A stretch of DNA of 63,506 nucleotides, the filler included, from Catajapyx aquilonaris (taxonomy: Eukaryota), in assembly GCA_000934665.2 (NCBI GenBank). It is 3 parts of 3 records of this genome, joined end to end, with 100 filler letters (N's around TTAATTAATTAA, not from the genome) between each part and the next. Parts side by side here need not be neighbours in the genome. Positions count along the whole stretch, not along the records: positions 1 to 21,228 come from JYFJ02006145.1; positions 21,329 to 42,400 come from KZ539487.1; 1 more part is not named here. One strand, written 5' to 3'. The position numbers and the translations under genes were made by a program. The notes under the pieces were generated by a model, which saw nothing but the letters and a program-made list of their open reading frames with translations, ran no database searches and had not been told where the DNA came from. This document shows positions 1 to 21,783 of the stretch, one piece after another (the first letter of the stretch is position 1; each line of letters starts with the position of its first letter).

Positions 1-1040
1 AAACAGTTCTCTGTCACTAGGGTCGTCATCATTTCCAACTGGATGACTATAATGATGCTGATACTGTTGCAATCAAGGTAGCAATCCGTCTCTTTTTTTA
101 AAAAATTGATTTCATACTTGAAAATAGGAATCCCAGTCAAGATTATTTCCTACTTTTCCGAAGGGGCCATACCTGTCAGTGGGACTCAAGTAACCTGCAT
201 TTTAACCAGTACCAGGCTGTTGCAATAGTTACTGTCGGTATCTAACTGAGGAGAGAGGAAAGATTGTGAGAGTAGGTTAAAAATAAAGGCACCATCAATC
301 AGTGGAATCTTCACTTCCAGAACATGGGAGCCTATACAAGTAATTTTAACATTTTTCCACATCACATCATATCATTTCATAATCATAGGGGGTCTCAGCG
401 TGAAGCCCAATTACTTCATTATCGACTGGTTAGAAGACGTTTTATTTATTTTCTCGACAGTCTCTGGAGGGCCCAGCCTGATTTTTGGCAGTCCCCTAGA
501 ACATGACCTGGCCTTTCATATGACATATAAATTTTCAAAATCGAAGATGCATCAATTCCTTAAAAACTAGGTCAAAGGTCACATTACGAAAATCCATGGC
601 ACGGAGCAGACATTGCGTAATATTTTTATTAAAGTGGCTTGTTATGATTCCTCTAACTGTGATCTACACGTAGATATGCTCACCATCCGGATACGACCAA
701 TAGAAAAAAAGTTATTCAAGAAAATGTCCGAAAAACCGCGCCGCGTGCTGCCCGATGGTAACAATTTCCGTGACTTACCACGCCGAACAGGTCAAACCAA
801 TTAATGCGAAATTTGGCCCGATACCATATCTCTATGAACCCTACAACTCTGCCAAATTTCGTCAAAATCGGAGATGGGGAGGTAAATTCTTACGCCAAAG
901 TGATCGAATTGACATGGACTTACCCTCTTATTAAATTATGGTTCCTGGACTATACAATCATATACCCATATGCATTTGTCTCCACTGAGCAGAAAATATC
1001 TGTAAACTCCTTCACACCACCATTGCAAGTGGAAACTCAC

Positions 1041-8995
<7,955 letters not shown>

Positions 8996-9730
8996 CCTCG
9001 TTCTTTGACCCTCTGCTGCTGCCCTCCACTACAACTGACGGGCAGATTATTATGGTATGCAGCCTTTGCAGGACGGATACTGAACGGATCCTCGTTGTTG
9101 TCCCTGCACACTCTCTTATTCGTCCCTCTTTGGTCGACGAATAGTGCCAATAACTCACTTGGATGTCAGTCTAAAGGCCAGGCCCCCATGCTTCCCTCAA
9201 CTGACCAACACCAACCGACATCACATTCCATGTAATTTCTTTTTTTTCTTCTTCTTTTTCTTTTATCATTCCTTTCATAAGACCAGATGACTAATACCCA
9301 GGTACCAGCTGAAGCGAGCTGAATGCACCATTCCTTCGCTACCTTGAAACACCTTCTAACATAAACTAAACACCAACAGATACTTTATTAGTGCCTAACA
9401 ATAATAATTATTATAAATAAATTGCAAAAAGTGAATGGCGAGAGCACGGCTGGCGAGAGCAGGAGAAGGATTGGAACCAATATGGCTGCCAGGCGCCTCT
9501 CGATTCAAATCACTATTCAAACGTGATTCACAGTTTCAAACAAACACGGGAAATGCAGACTTCCGTCGCTTTTTTCTTCATAATAATAATTATTATGTAG
9601 CCTACCTATGTGGCGAGGAATGGGACATTTTCATGTTTCATGTTTTTTTTTAAAATATATATTTGCTGTGTTGGGAGACTTGGGACTAATACACGCGTGA
9701 TTGTGTATACGCCAACTATTTATGCAACCC

Positions 9731-10199
9731 AACCGAAGCAGTGGTAGCGGAGGGGATTTGGTATCCGGCTGCTAATCGGGAGGTCCTGGGTTCGATCCCC
9801 GGTGCCGGCAACTCTGACCGTGGTTTTCTGTGGTTTCCCACGGTCCCTCCAGGGAAATCCCGGAGTTGTTTCCGTAATAACAGGCCACAGCTGCTTCCTA
9901 GCTTCCCTTCCTATCCTTGTCCCATAGGGTACCTGAGGAGGTGCGGGGTCTGTGGGGAGTTTCAGATCCCGCACCTATAGGGGGTCATCTCTGGCGAACG
10001 GGCCCCGTGAGGGACTGCACACGACCCCCAACATATAGACAATGCACTGGCACCAGTGTCCCTCCCTCATATCCCTATCCTTCCCTTGCACCGGAGAGAA
10101 AAAGAAAAAGAAATTCAGAAAACTGATGGTGGTGTGCCACCCCCCAAAGAGGCCCTTGATGCGTAGCACGGGGTAAAATAAATAAAAAAAATTAAAAAA
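9731..10199 (+). mobile_element. tRNA-derived SINE, family A
   Basis: B box GGTTCGATCCC, central GGTTTTCTGTGGTTT...AGGCCACAGCTGCTTCCT block, A-rich tail, 13-bp TSD ATTTATGCAACCC (9718-9730 / 10200-10212). Confidence 0.92.
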
Positions 10200-11781
10200 A
10201 TTTATGCAACCCGTGGTTTCTCTGGCATACTTAATCCACGCATGAGTGATTGCAAAAACAACACTGGCAAACGAACTAGCGGAGCCGTCGTGATATGCCT
10301 ATTCAGTGCTTTAAAAAATAATAATAATAAATAGAAATACCGATGCGGTGTGACGGAATAAAGTTTTTTTCTTCGTCCTCCCGGTTTTATGCTAACAGAT
10401 CCATTGCTGTAATTACAGTGGACAAAAATGCATTCGCACCACAAAAACAAGCTGCAATATTATGTTTCAGTCTGAGAAAAAAGTCAACGGTCCCATTTTT
10501 CTTCTGCCTCCCATTCTTCCCTACTCTCCCATATACAGCCAAATTATACTTAGGCCTATACGGTTATATTGATAAATACAGTATACGACATCATGTCTTG
10601 TGGATACGAATATGATGGTTGGACGATCGGTTTTTGTTTTTCTTGGGCCTGTTTTGACGACAGCGTCTACCTTTTCTGGAAGTTCCGATAGACCTACTGC
10701 TAATCACACAATGGATAGAGTCACTAGAGTGGGGGTTTGAAATGTCGCCAAAAATGTAATGAATGAGTATTTGCAATAGTTGTGTGAATTAAGAGAAGAG
10801 AGAAAGGTCCCCCTTGCTTGTAGGCCTAATTAAGGTAAGGGCAGGGGTCAAAGGGATTGGTAGCTCCCTCGGAACTTACATAAAAGGTAGACTCTGTTGT
10901 CAAAACAGGAGGCCCGGGAAAAACTCTGGGATTCCCAGTTTAGAGTCAACTCCAATACAATACGTGTGTGGGCTACTTTCAAGTCACTCTTGCAACACCT
11001 AGTGTCATCGCCTGTCACGTATGTAATTGACGCACGCGTACTTCTTAGCATTATTCTGACTTTGCAAATCTTCATGCTGATTTAATAAAAGTCAGCGTAC
11101 TATCAATTAGTGAGTTCTGCTTATTCAGAAAAGCTACTGTAGCCTAAGTGCTAATTTTATTGTAGGCCTTGGTAAGTCAATGTGATATGATCACGATCAC
11201 GATCACAATAAACGTACACGGTTTCACTCTACCGTAACGTACTCCGTACTATAATTATAGGCTACACTGCAGCACTTGTTATCAAACAGTTTCTCAATTT
11301 CTGTTATAACCAACTGTGTGTCGTAATAATCATTACACTGTACGCCCGCATCTAACGCAGCAAAATAAAATAAAAAAATCGTATGCTACCGCCTTTTATT
11401 TAAAGCTGACTTCTGGCTACTCATTACAGCATTACTAATTTTGTGTGATTTTTTAAAATTTTCTGAATTTACCGAATCAGTGGTCAATCATATTATGTCC
11501 GAGACGACGTGACTTTCTACACGTGGACGATTTCCGAAATGAACCTTGGAAACGAAAGTAGATGGGAAGGGCTGGACAAAAAAAAAAAAGACACAATGAA
11601 GGATCCCCTTCCATTGGCCAACTCTTTCGAGAATCATTGCGAAAACGCCACCCCCGAAGAGAAAGTTCATGCCAGGCAAACATCCCGCCTGGCCTACACC
11701 CTCACATGGGAAGCAGTCCTACCGTAGCACTCGGACCTGTTCCAGCTCCCAGTCAGACGACACAACATTGCAAGAACCAAC

Positions 11782-14700
11782 ATGCGCCTCATTTTGGTGA
11801 GTTTTGAAATAATTGTATATTTCATAGCAGAATGCACAAGTACAGAGAACCACGCATCGCAACAAATACGATCTGGTCTTGCCTAGTTTGCATAATATTT
11901 CGGAGAGTTGTTATGACTTTCCCAGTTTCCCTTCTCATTATACTTGAAAGCCTGATTTTAGCGGCCGTAATTAGAGTGCAGGAAGTCCTACTTGTCTTGA
12001 CTCATTCTAATTTTTTTGGTGAAAACGACAGAAGAAAGATACGCCCCTATCAAGATACTGTAAGTGATAAGCCCATAGAAAAGCAACAACGATTTGTGGG
12101 AAAAAAAAAGTGAGCAAGTTCTTTGCAATAGTAATACATCTGACTATACAGCATAGTTGATGATGCTGTACCAATTCAATCATTGCTAATGCATCTTAAA
12201 AGCTTTTGTGACACCATTGTTAGGATATAATATGATTTTAGCGCAGTTCATCGTCAGGATAATTGACACCATTATTGTGTCCTGAACTTCGTAAAGATAT
12301 CGCCGAGAATCTTTTACATCAAAGTAATTCGAGTGGATAGTGAAGAAAACGTTCGTAGATTTGTTGGGGACGATGTGACCGACTTTCAGTGGTGGAGAGA
12401 GCAAGAGTCAAGATTTTGGCATTTCGCCTTTGAAATCTTCGGATGGCAGGTTACAACATAAGGATCCAATTCAATGTTTCAAACTTTGAATATTTATTCT
12501 TAATATTGAGAAAAAGTTTTCATTATGCATTGCTGAATATGTGCCAAGAGAAAGTGGAACTGTATTTATTACTTGAGAATTTCGCACACAATGCAGTTAT
12601 ATTATCAATTTCTTGGGATTGCGTCATTTTTAAACGCTGTATACAGTTCATTCCCATAGGCGATATTACTGGACGATGAAAGTTTCAGGTGAATAATTGC
12701 CCGAGTGGTTTCGATACGTGCACGTAACTGACTGCATGCAATTGGCGTGTGCCTCATGCTGTGGAATTATCATCAATTTATGAATTGCGCATTACTTTCG
12801 CTATAATGGCAAACATAGCACTTGCATATTTTGTTTTTCAATCTTCTTGGCAGTACGATGAGGAAAAGATATACCCTCAAGTGCTTGGGAAACATTTCCC
12901 ATTACTCATGTCAGTAGGTTTCACATTTCCCTGAAGTAGGAGCAGCTATGAATACAAATAAATTAATATACGTAGCTGTCGTTTCCTCTTGCTACATGCA
13001 GTATATCGGTGCCATTTTCTAATGCCCCGCCCGAAGCAAATATGATTATGCGTAAGTTCAACAACACTCCCCAACACATTTATACAAAATGCAAAGTAGC
13101 TCCAGTATACATCATTGATTTGCATTTTAAAATACAGGCAGCATGTCTCCTCCATCTACTGAGCTGGTCACCTAATTCGCTCCACTGGGCTGACACCCTC
13201 CCAGTGGGGTACCTCATATGGGGCACACCATTCCTCTACTCCACCCTCAACTACACCATCGATCCTGAGCAAGCCTACAGGGACCGGCCAAAGTACCAAG
13301 CAGACCACGGAAGGAGGGGGCAGAGACTCATCAACGAGATAGGAAAGGGTCAGAATGTAATGGTCAGGAACAATGGAACCAAGACTGTTTCATGGTGGAA
13401 TCAAGTGCAAGGACTTGGATTAGTGCCTGTGCGAAAGTGATTTATTGTGATGTGTGGTTCTCTCCATGTGGACAAATGGGGGTGTTCGCCGGTGTTGAGT
13501 AACAGTAGGAATGACAGTGCAATTAAAAGTGACTAACTCTGGAAAGTCTGGATATAAGAGTCTTCAAGGGACCACGGAAATCAGTATCCTATGAGCTATG
13601 ACTGAGGTTTCCTATTTGCTATTTCCAAATACACAGGCCATAATATTTATGGAAGTATGCTGGGACCTGTCTTTTGAGTTGGCTATAATGGAGGGTTGCA
13701 TATAGCCACGTCTCTTATATTAGGAATAAACTGTACATTACAATAAAGATCACCAAAACAATAGCAAAAAAGTAGCCTTGATGGATAATTATAATGTAAT
13801 ACAGAATAATATTTTTACAGGTCCCTCTAATTGTCTAATAGCTAGTTGCTTGAAGTTACTCTGTATGTTCTTATCAAGACAGTGAATGTAACTAACTTAT
13901 TGAATTTGCTGTGTCAAGGGATATAACACTAGGTTTTGTGTTCAATCATCTCTGTAGTAATACAAGAAGATACGATTTATTGCCTAACTTAACATCATTA
14001 ATGAAAAATATTTGTATGGATATTAGCAACATTTACTGAAGATACATGTTATTGACTACTGAATGTATGTGCCTGGAGTCTTCTCAGAATTATACTTAGT
14101 GGTTGACAAATGTGTGTCTGTGAAATCCCATGTTGGGCATTATCCTACTATCCTAAACGTGATTTTATCTTTGTTAGTGTCTGAAATATCTACATTACAG
14201 GAGTAAAGAAATTTTTTGAATCACATCGGATATAAATGACACCTAGCTCATATTAATACCTGTGTAATTTGGCATCAGCCATTGAAAGTGTTGTTGTTGT
14301 TGTCGTGGTTTTTTGCCATGTGACACCCTAATTTCTCAACTTCACATTGCAAGTACATTGTTCTAAATCAACCTAGTGCAGTACAGCTCCTACGAAAGTT
14401 ATAGAAATTTTACATTACAACAGGCTACCCTTTTCCAATCTCTTTCAGTTTGTTCTCATTCTAACAGCAACATGTGACCCCCAAACATCAGGCCAAATCA
14501 ACCCACCTGGCATCCTAACTGGAAATCAGCCACTAACCTTCAGGCAAGAGAATAGCAAAACAAACATAGACCAAAGCATTGAAAGAACACCATTTCGTTT
14601 GCCAGTATCACCATATCCATTCCAACAAAGGTAAGCCTGCTTACATACTGGAAAAACAAATGTGAATTCCACTTGCTGTTTGCTTCCAGGCCTAAATACA

Positions 14701-14810
14701 GGTATCCATATTATGACAAGGATGGCAAGGGGAAACTTCTCTATGGATATGGAGATGAGAACCAGCTGTTCGAATACAAGAACTTTGTTCCACTGGAGGG
14801 ATATTTTTGA
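11782..14810 (+). CDS. Predicted small secreted protein (about 169 aa if all exons join), family unassigned
   Basis: CAAC-ATG at 11782. Exons: 11782-11796 (MRLIL|gtgagt); 13138-13348 (AACLLHLLSW...YTIDPEQAYRDRPKYQADHGRRGQRLINEIGK; otherwise reads on to a stop at 13440); 14468-14630; 14690-14810 (RPKYRYPYYDKDGKGKLLYGYGDENQLFEYKNFVPLEGYF*). All phases are compatible; the 13348 donor (gtcaga) is weak. Confidence 0.65.
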
Positions 14811-15089
14811 ACAAACAGTTTGATACAATGTGAGCATATATTTTTAATGAGACTGTACATAAGGGTGGAGTGACTCTTCACATCATCCGACTGTGTTATT
14901 TTCCCTGTTGAATTGCATGTATCAAAGTATAAAAACAGGTGGTATAGACTCCTAAGCCACATTTTCCACTTTCTACAACCTCACATCATCATCTTAACAG
15001 ATGTTAAAAGTAACTGATTTTTAACTTAAATCCAACTGTAAGGCATAAAGAAAATAGTTATCTCACCTCAGGTTAATCTATTTCCATAA

Positions 15090-15486
15090 GGCCCTTGCCA
15101 CACTAGGGGGAATCTCCGCGAAAGAATTTCTGGCACGGTCTGCTCAAAAATTTCAAGCATATGGAAGTACACGGGATTCCATCGAGATGAGACACACTAC
15201 GGTTTTTCCGTCGTTCCATCGAACACCAGTGGAAGACAGGGGAAAAAATCCGCTCCATTATCCATCGGGGACAATAATCCCACTGCAATACATTGATTCC
15301 GCCGGGGGAATGCCACACTACTGACTGAAAAAGGGGGTTTGCTGGCATGGAAATCAGAGGGATTGGTAGCTGAAAAGGCCGCAAGGCGGCAGCAGGGGCG
15401 ACGGAAATTCAGTGTGACAAAACGTTGCAAAATCAAACCGCGCCAGAAATTCTGTCATGGAGATTCCGCCTAGTGTGGCCAGGCCC
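15090..15486. mobile_element. PIF/Harbinger-type MITE
   Basis: GGCCCTTGCCACACTAGG / CCTAGTGTGGCCAGGCCC TIRs, TAA TSD. Confidence 0.85.
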
Positions 15487-16737
15487 TAAGATTCGGGGGA
15501 AATAGCACCTTGGGGGCCATTCATCAAGTATGCCATAACATTTGCAAGTTTATTACTTCCCTCTACCTCCATCATGCATTGTCAGGGCAGACTGGCTATA
15601 CCCTCAATACGCAAGTTTCTTTTCAGGAATCCAGGAAGAACGTCTGAGATATAATTACGAACATACCATGTCCGCTAAAAGAGTAGCAACCATTCACCCT
15701 AGCCTCCCTGGCAGTACCTGTAACTACTTATCAATGACATCTTTAACTTCATTCACTATAAAATTATTTTGTAGCTACAATGTTCAGAGAAAAATTTGCT
15801 GTAATTTCAAACTGTCCACACCCCCCACTACATGGTCAGACAAGTTGGACTCAACACTCCCTCCTGCCACCTATGAGTATGATACACTTGATGGATGACA
15901 TGTTGCAAGGAAGACAAGTGTAACGCACGGCCTGCAATCCACTATAAAATGTCAATGGTTTCAACTATTTCAAGATCTTTAATCAACACCAACAGAGCCT
16001 TGAACATGGACTTGAACCAACTAGGGCACAGTCCAACTCTTCCACCAGGTATTGAATAGAAAAAACCATGCCTGTCAGGGGCAAGTCAAGTCTTCTAGAT
16101 TTCATAGAAGGATAGGCAGGTGGCAGCTCTTAATGCAGGTGCAATACTGCTGGGAGAAAACCACCCTGGAATCACTGCGCAAGAGGTACGTGAAAGTATA
16201 CAAAATTAATCAATGGCCAGCAAGCCTTCTGCCAGTGCCCAATTATGTGATCTGTGCAATATTGTTGCTTGCTTCGTCATGGATTCCATGCTGAACTTGC
16301 ACCGGGTAGATTCAAGGCCTTCGTCGTCTCATACTTCTGTCAACATGCAGTGGAAGTTCAACTCACTGCATTTAAGTGACTACAATCCCTTGAAATTTTA
16401 GAGTGAATAACAGGCTTACTGGTTGCATGTTGTCTACTTGAAAAACTCAACTTGTTCCTTCCTATATTGTTTATAATGGGCCAGCATATAATGAAATAAC
16501 CATCTATAGGTACAGATGAAGTGGAATGCCGCAATGTGAATAACTTTAATCAGTCTCTAACCTCACATTTGATTTATGAATAATGTTGGGCAACTTAGCA
16601 GTTTCCAAATTGTAGCCCAAGTTCCTACTTATGCAAAAGGATCAAAAATGCACTTTTAATGATTGCAAATATGACTATGAAAGAACAATTTTGGACAAAT
16701 GCTGAAATTATGAAAACTGGCAAAAAATTTCGAAACC

Positions 16738-19700
16738 CTACACATCGATGAATGGTGGTGACCAACCCACCCTGTCCCCACTTCCCCTGAAGCCATCACG
16801 GTAGAGTGTGACAAAGCCAGAGCACCTGGATAGGGGTCCTGACCACTTTAGGAATGAGCCACAACACTCATTGTTCATCAAGTAATGCTGCTGGTCTGTG
16901 TATCTGTCACCAATGGGATCTGAGTTGGCAGGTACCCAAGCAGAGTTGCCTCCAGGTTGAAAATTCTTCCCCAGTGTCACAGTCACCTGCTGAAGTAGCT
17001 CATCATCTGTGTCATCTTCACCACTGCTGGTAGAATCAGAGCATCCTAGGGTTGCCAGGAGAAGGCTTGTGGTCAACATCTGAGCTGGAATGGTGCTGCT
17101 ACCATTGTTGGGAGTCAGTGTGGAAGCTGGATCATCATGAACAGAAGAACCAGTTAGAAGAGAGTCAGGGGAGCAGATACGGGTCACTTGGGAAGCCAGA
17201 ACTGTGAAGCCCATCAGCGTCATCAGTGTTGCCACATGGCTCGCCATGCACACAACTGACACCTGCAAAAAATTAACAATTTTATGAGATGACTACACAC
17301 AGTCACAGAAACAAAAATACAATGAGTACCTGTGGCTGTCCTCACAACATGAATATATTAAATATTAATAAAAATATGATTTAAAAAAATCCAACACACA
17401 TTTTCATTGCAGTGCAGTACTGTATACTTAAGGCCTGTGCACACTAGAGTTGCTGGCTAAGCGCTGCTAGAGGCAACCAATCACAGCCCAGTTTGCTCCA
17501 CTCAGCTTTACGCCGGTATGCGCAGCTCATAATAGTTTTTTTTTTTCCCCCCCGCTCCGCTCACACTCTATACACGCAAAGGAGCCAATGGAGAGCTAAG
17601 ACGTCACCAAGGGATGGGGTTGATTGGTGTGCAGGGCCACTGTGGCTCCTCTGGTGAGCTATTCATTCACTCAGGCAGGCCAGGAGATTGACAACACGTT
17701 GTTGGGTATAGGAGAAGACACGCCTAACAGGTTCTGGGGGTTGGGAGATGTGAGGTGGCATGGGGTTGGAGAAAGGGTGTTGGGGGTGAGGGGTGGTGGC
17801 TTCCCACCCTGGTTTGCGACAGTGTCTTGAGTGTGAACACGACAATGAAACGGAGCGACAGTGACAACAAAATGAACGGGAGCGGCTCGTAGCCAGAAAC
17901 TCTAGTGTGCACGGGCCTTTACACTGTAAATTCAAGTAACTAAAACTTGCATGGTAGAAAAACAAATACTCTGCCTACAGTTCAACAATTCAAAATATCA
18001 GTTACCTGTCTGCACTCACTACAGCAGTGGTTTCCTTTTACCTTTTACCAACTCCAGCCCCCTAAACATTTTTCCATAAATCCCATTCCTCCCCTCCCCC
18101 AGCCCCTCCGACAAATGCTCCCTTTCCAGAAAACATACACTCTGAACAGCCGTAAAAATGGTGCAATTGACACAGACATTGCAAGTTGAGGCCAGGCTCA
18201 CGACCCCCTGCGACCCACTGGATGGAAACCACTGCACTAAGGAGATATGGCATCCTACTAGGCCTAGACTTCTCACCTTAGCAACATTTTCTAGTAACAA
18301 GTCCCAGCATTTGGCCCAGTCCACTAGCCTGGATAAGGAATGGAGATCAGCGTAAGTGAACCATCCCCTGTCCATTGCTGCCTTTCTCCAGGCTGTGTGA
18401 CCCTCAACCCAGCACAGCTTTGCCTCAAAGTCCTCCTGAGATGCCACCAAGCTCCAGTCCAGTGCCTCCAAAAAGTCTATTTCCAGCTGGTTCAGATCTT
18501 CCAGCTCTAAGTCTGAGGCCTTTGCCCACTGTCGGTTGCAGCAAAAGCTTTCGTCGTCCTCTTCAGTAAGGAACTTATGGGCTACCATCTGGAAATAACA
18601 AACAAGAATTTTATCAGGTTGCCATTATTTTGAGATGTAGGTTAAAATTCCACTTTCAATGCAATAAGGCATTCCAAATGTATCATGCTTTGTAATAAAT
18701 TGTTTTAAAATGAACCTGACCATTGACACAACAAACAACTTGGCAGGTGATGTCCGATCCAAAAAGTAGGAGTCACTGATCTTCAGCCGGTCCAAGTAGA
18801 GTAAGGCAAGAACAAAGGAGCTCGGAGAGATAGAACCAGGGCGGGAAACTTTGGCTGCATGGTCCACACTTAGCTGGTCCAAAGTGTCGCGGAGACCTGC
18901 TTTGGTGAAGATCTCCACAGCTATATCTAGATTCATAATTAAAGTGTGTTACTTATACTACAAAGTGCTGACTTAACCGCAAGCATCCCTAAATGTGATG
19001 TGGCCAAATAAAATGTAGTAGGGAGGCATGGGGGTCTGGTGGTTACACCCCTGGCCAGCCAAGCGGGATGCCGGGGTTCAAATCCCGTCCCCGTCACCTC
19101 AGCTTGGCCGGGTCTTTTTCCGCTTTTCACCCAACATGCCGGGGCAGAATTACACCCCCTACTCTGCCCAAGGCCAGGAGAAAAGGTCTGGTGTATATCA
19201 GAAAGTCAGAAACGACTATAATTACAGCGCCCTCCCCGGGGACCTCCTCTTCCCCCCTACAAGGGCTCCGCCCAATCACCAGGTATATTTTAAACAATAA
19301 CAATAACAATAACAATAACAATAATGATAACAATGCAGTAACAGCCAAAATTTTCGAAATTGAACTGGAGATCNCCCTAAATGTGATGTGGCCAAATAAA
19401 ATGCAGTAGGGAGGCATGGGGGTCTGGTGGTTACACCCCTGGCCAGCCAAGCGGGATGCCGGGGTTCAAATCCCGTCCCCGTCACCTCAGCTTGGCCGGG
19501 TCTTTTTCCGCTTTTCACCCAACATGCCGGGGCAGAATTACACCCCCTACTCTGCCCAAGGCCAGGAGAAAAGGTCTGGTGTATATCAGAAAGTCAGAAA
19601 CGACTATAATTACAGCGCCCTCCCCGGGGACCTCCTCTTCCCCCCTACAAGGGCTCCGCCCAATCACCAGGTATATTTTAAACAATAACAATAACAATAA

Positions 19701-20578
19701 CAATAACAATAATGATAACAATGCAGTAACAGCCAAAATTTTCGAAATTGAACTGGAGATCATAGTTCAGTAACAATATGTTTTTGAAAATCCAAGCCTC
19801 TTGCTGCATAAGTTGCATTTTGTTTGGTCATTACATAAATATCCAGTTTAATATCATTGTTAGTAATTCCCTCTTGGAAAGTACTTGAATAGCTCAGTTT
19901 TAAAGAAGTGAATTTGATGATATTTTTTTAAAAACTGCATTTCATCTATATATAAATCACCTCTGTCATTGAGGCAAACAAAATGTACAGTACCTGTCAT
20001 AGCTGTGCTGGGGCACTGAACGTTTCGCATGGGTCCATTTCCATAATACAAAGTCTTCTTGATTCGTTGTACCAGCTCTTCATGCTCCCGGAAAACCTGC
20101 AAGCAGTTAGACCACACATGAAACAAATCTCCTGTAATTTCATTGCATGTGACAAAATTGCACCTGTGTCACACTAGTCACATATCTGATTGCGACAAAT
20201 CTCCTGAAAATTAAACAGGCACTATTTTATTGCAACATTGACCCCTCTTTAACTCCCAAACGCTCTACTTTACTGGTAAAGGTGTGGCTTCCATGGCTTA
20301 AAATTTTGTAGTGTGTAGGTGCACCTTGTTTCTTTCACTCCACATGAGATTTGCAGCAGGGATATTTGTTTGACATGTGACCAGGGTATTACACTGCTAA
20401 TGTTACACATGAGACTGCAACAGCAAGTAATAGCATATTGCTCAAGATGCAAGATGACGAACCCTCATCTGGAGTCGTATAGACAAGCTGACCAAAATTG
20501 GCACCTTCTACCCATGTTCCCATGCACATTTACCTCGGGATCATCTTCCATGATGCTCAACGGGTCGAAAGGTATCAT
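16738..20578 (-). CDS. CNPPD1: Cyclin Pas1/PHO80 domain-containing protein 1, 5 coding exons, about 396 aa
   Basis: Exons 20578-20534, 20096-19994, 18926-18721, 18588-18277, 17262-16738 are phase-consistent. Motifs: RIKKTLYYG, ISPSSFVLALLYLDRL, LFVVSMMVAHKFL, LNQLEIDFLEALDWSL, RGWFTYADL, then a hydrophobic TM-like segment. The start codon is inferred. Confidence 0.92.
17431..17918. mobile_element. PIF/Harbinger-type MITE in a CNPPD1 intron
   Basis: AGGCCTGTGCACACTAGAGTT / AACTCTAGTGTGCACGGGCCT TIRs, TTA TSD. Confidence 0.85.
19021..19332 (+). mobile_element. tRNA-derived SINE, family C
   Basis: B box GGTTCAAATCC, (AACAAT)n tail; homologous to 28136-28443. Confidence 0.85.
19408..19720 (+). 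mobile_element. SINE family C, second copy (probably assembly duplication)
   Basis: Same as 19021-19332 including flanks, separated by a single N at 19374. Confidence 0.7.
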
Positions 20579-21228
20579 TCTTCTTCTGTCAGATCCACCT
20601 CCTCCTTCTCGATGGGAATCTCTGGAAGGGTTCGTTCTCGAAACTGGAAATGGCAAGAACTTGTTAGTGACAGTTAACTACATGCACACTAGTCTTCATG
20701 CTCAGAGCAGACTATGGAATATAAGGTGAGGGTAGGTCATGCTCCTGAACCACAGGGGTTGCGCCAGGCCTGGCCAACTGGGAGGCCTACGCGCCTTGTG
20801 TACCTGAATGCGTGCGTGCCTGGCCTTGTATCCGAATGGTGACTCTCTGGCCCCAGCAGTCCTTCCCCTAGCGACGCAGTAAATCAGGCTCGCCAGTCGC
20901 ACCGCAGGATGTTAGTCACGCAGGATGAGACATCCACCGAGAATTTTGCCTCTCAGGTTCTCGTTCTAGGGCTGGGGCGAAAGTAACGTAACAGCTGCGC
21001 AGCGGGATTTGTAATAACTAATATCACCACTGGCAATATTAATCAATTGCGTTTCTCTTGCGCGAAAACGTGCGACACGTAGCCTATACTAACATGCCCA
21101 AAACATGCCTCTGTTTGCACAGCAATAGGTATTATTTAGGACAGCTGCAGGTTATAAACCAAAGTTCTCTGCCCAAGAGATCGCTAGGCAATAACACTTT
21201 ATATACGAGGTCAGTTGTTTATAAAAGC

Positions 21229-21328
21229 NNNNNNNNNNNNNNNNNNNNNNNNNNNNNNNNNNNNNNNNNNNNTTAATTAATTAANNNNNNNNNNNNNNNN
21301 NNNNNNNNNNNNNNNNNNNNNNNNNNNN
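21229..21328. other. Artificial contig-joining spacer
   Basis: 44 N + TTAATTAATTAA (stops in all six frames) + 44 N; the same construct occurs at 42401-42500. Confidence 0.95.
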
Positions 21329-21624
21329 GGTCATCAATATTTCAACAACGCAAAACATATATTATATTGGAAAATCACTTCTTATCTAATGCTGCGCATT
21401 AATACCGTATATGGACATAATTATAGCCTACTGTACCTATATCGTATACAGTACAGCATACCAGATTTTAAAAGTATTAAATGTATGATATATTATACGT
21501 GGACATACATAGGCTATATGATGCAGGTACCCGGGTCAACCTAATAACCAATACATATAAATTATCATGGAAGTAATTAAGTAAACTAGTCTGCTGCGAT
21601 GTGCAACATAATATACAGTCAAAG

Positions 21625-21726
21625 AACTACAACTACGACGACGACGACAACAACAGGCCTAACAACAGCAACAACAGGCCTAACAACAGCAACAACAGGC
21701 CTAACAACAACATCATTAATAATAAC

Positions 21727-21782
<56 letters not shown>
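21625..21782. repeat. Simple repeats (ACN)n, 21-bp unit repeats and (AAT)n
   Basis: Directly visible; AACAACAGGCCTAACAACAGC is repeated. Confidence 0.85.

Positions 21783-21783
<1 letters not shown>

Noticed and set aside
9731..9810. tRNA genes at A/B-box sites (also about 2860, 19060, 28190, 30670, 32530)
   Set aside because: They continue into SINE bodies with tails and TSDs; I could not fold complete cloverleaves.
9930..10010. HDV-like ribozyme in SINE A (GGCGAACGGG)
   Set aside because: I could not find the P3/L3 motif or the nested pseudoknot pairing.
13821..13862. Optional 42-nt phase-1 exon of the secreted-protein gene
   Set aside because: Splice sites and frame are compatible, but this could easily be chance without transcript support.
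21273..21284. TTAATTAATTAA as a biological motif
   Set aside because: It is centred in symmetrical N runs twice, so it is an assembly linker.
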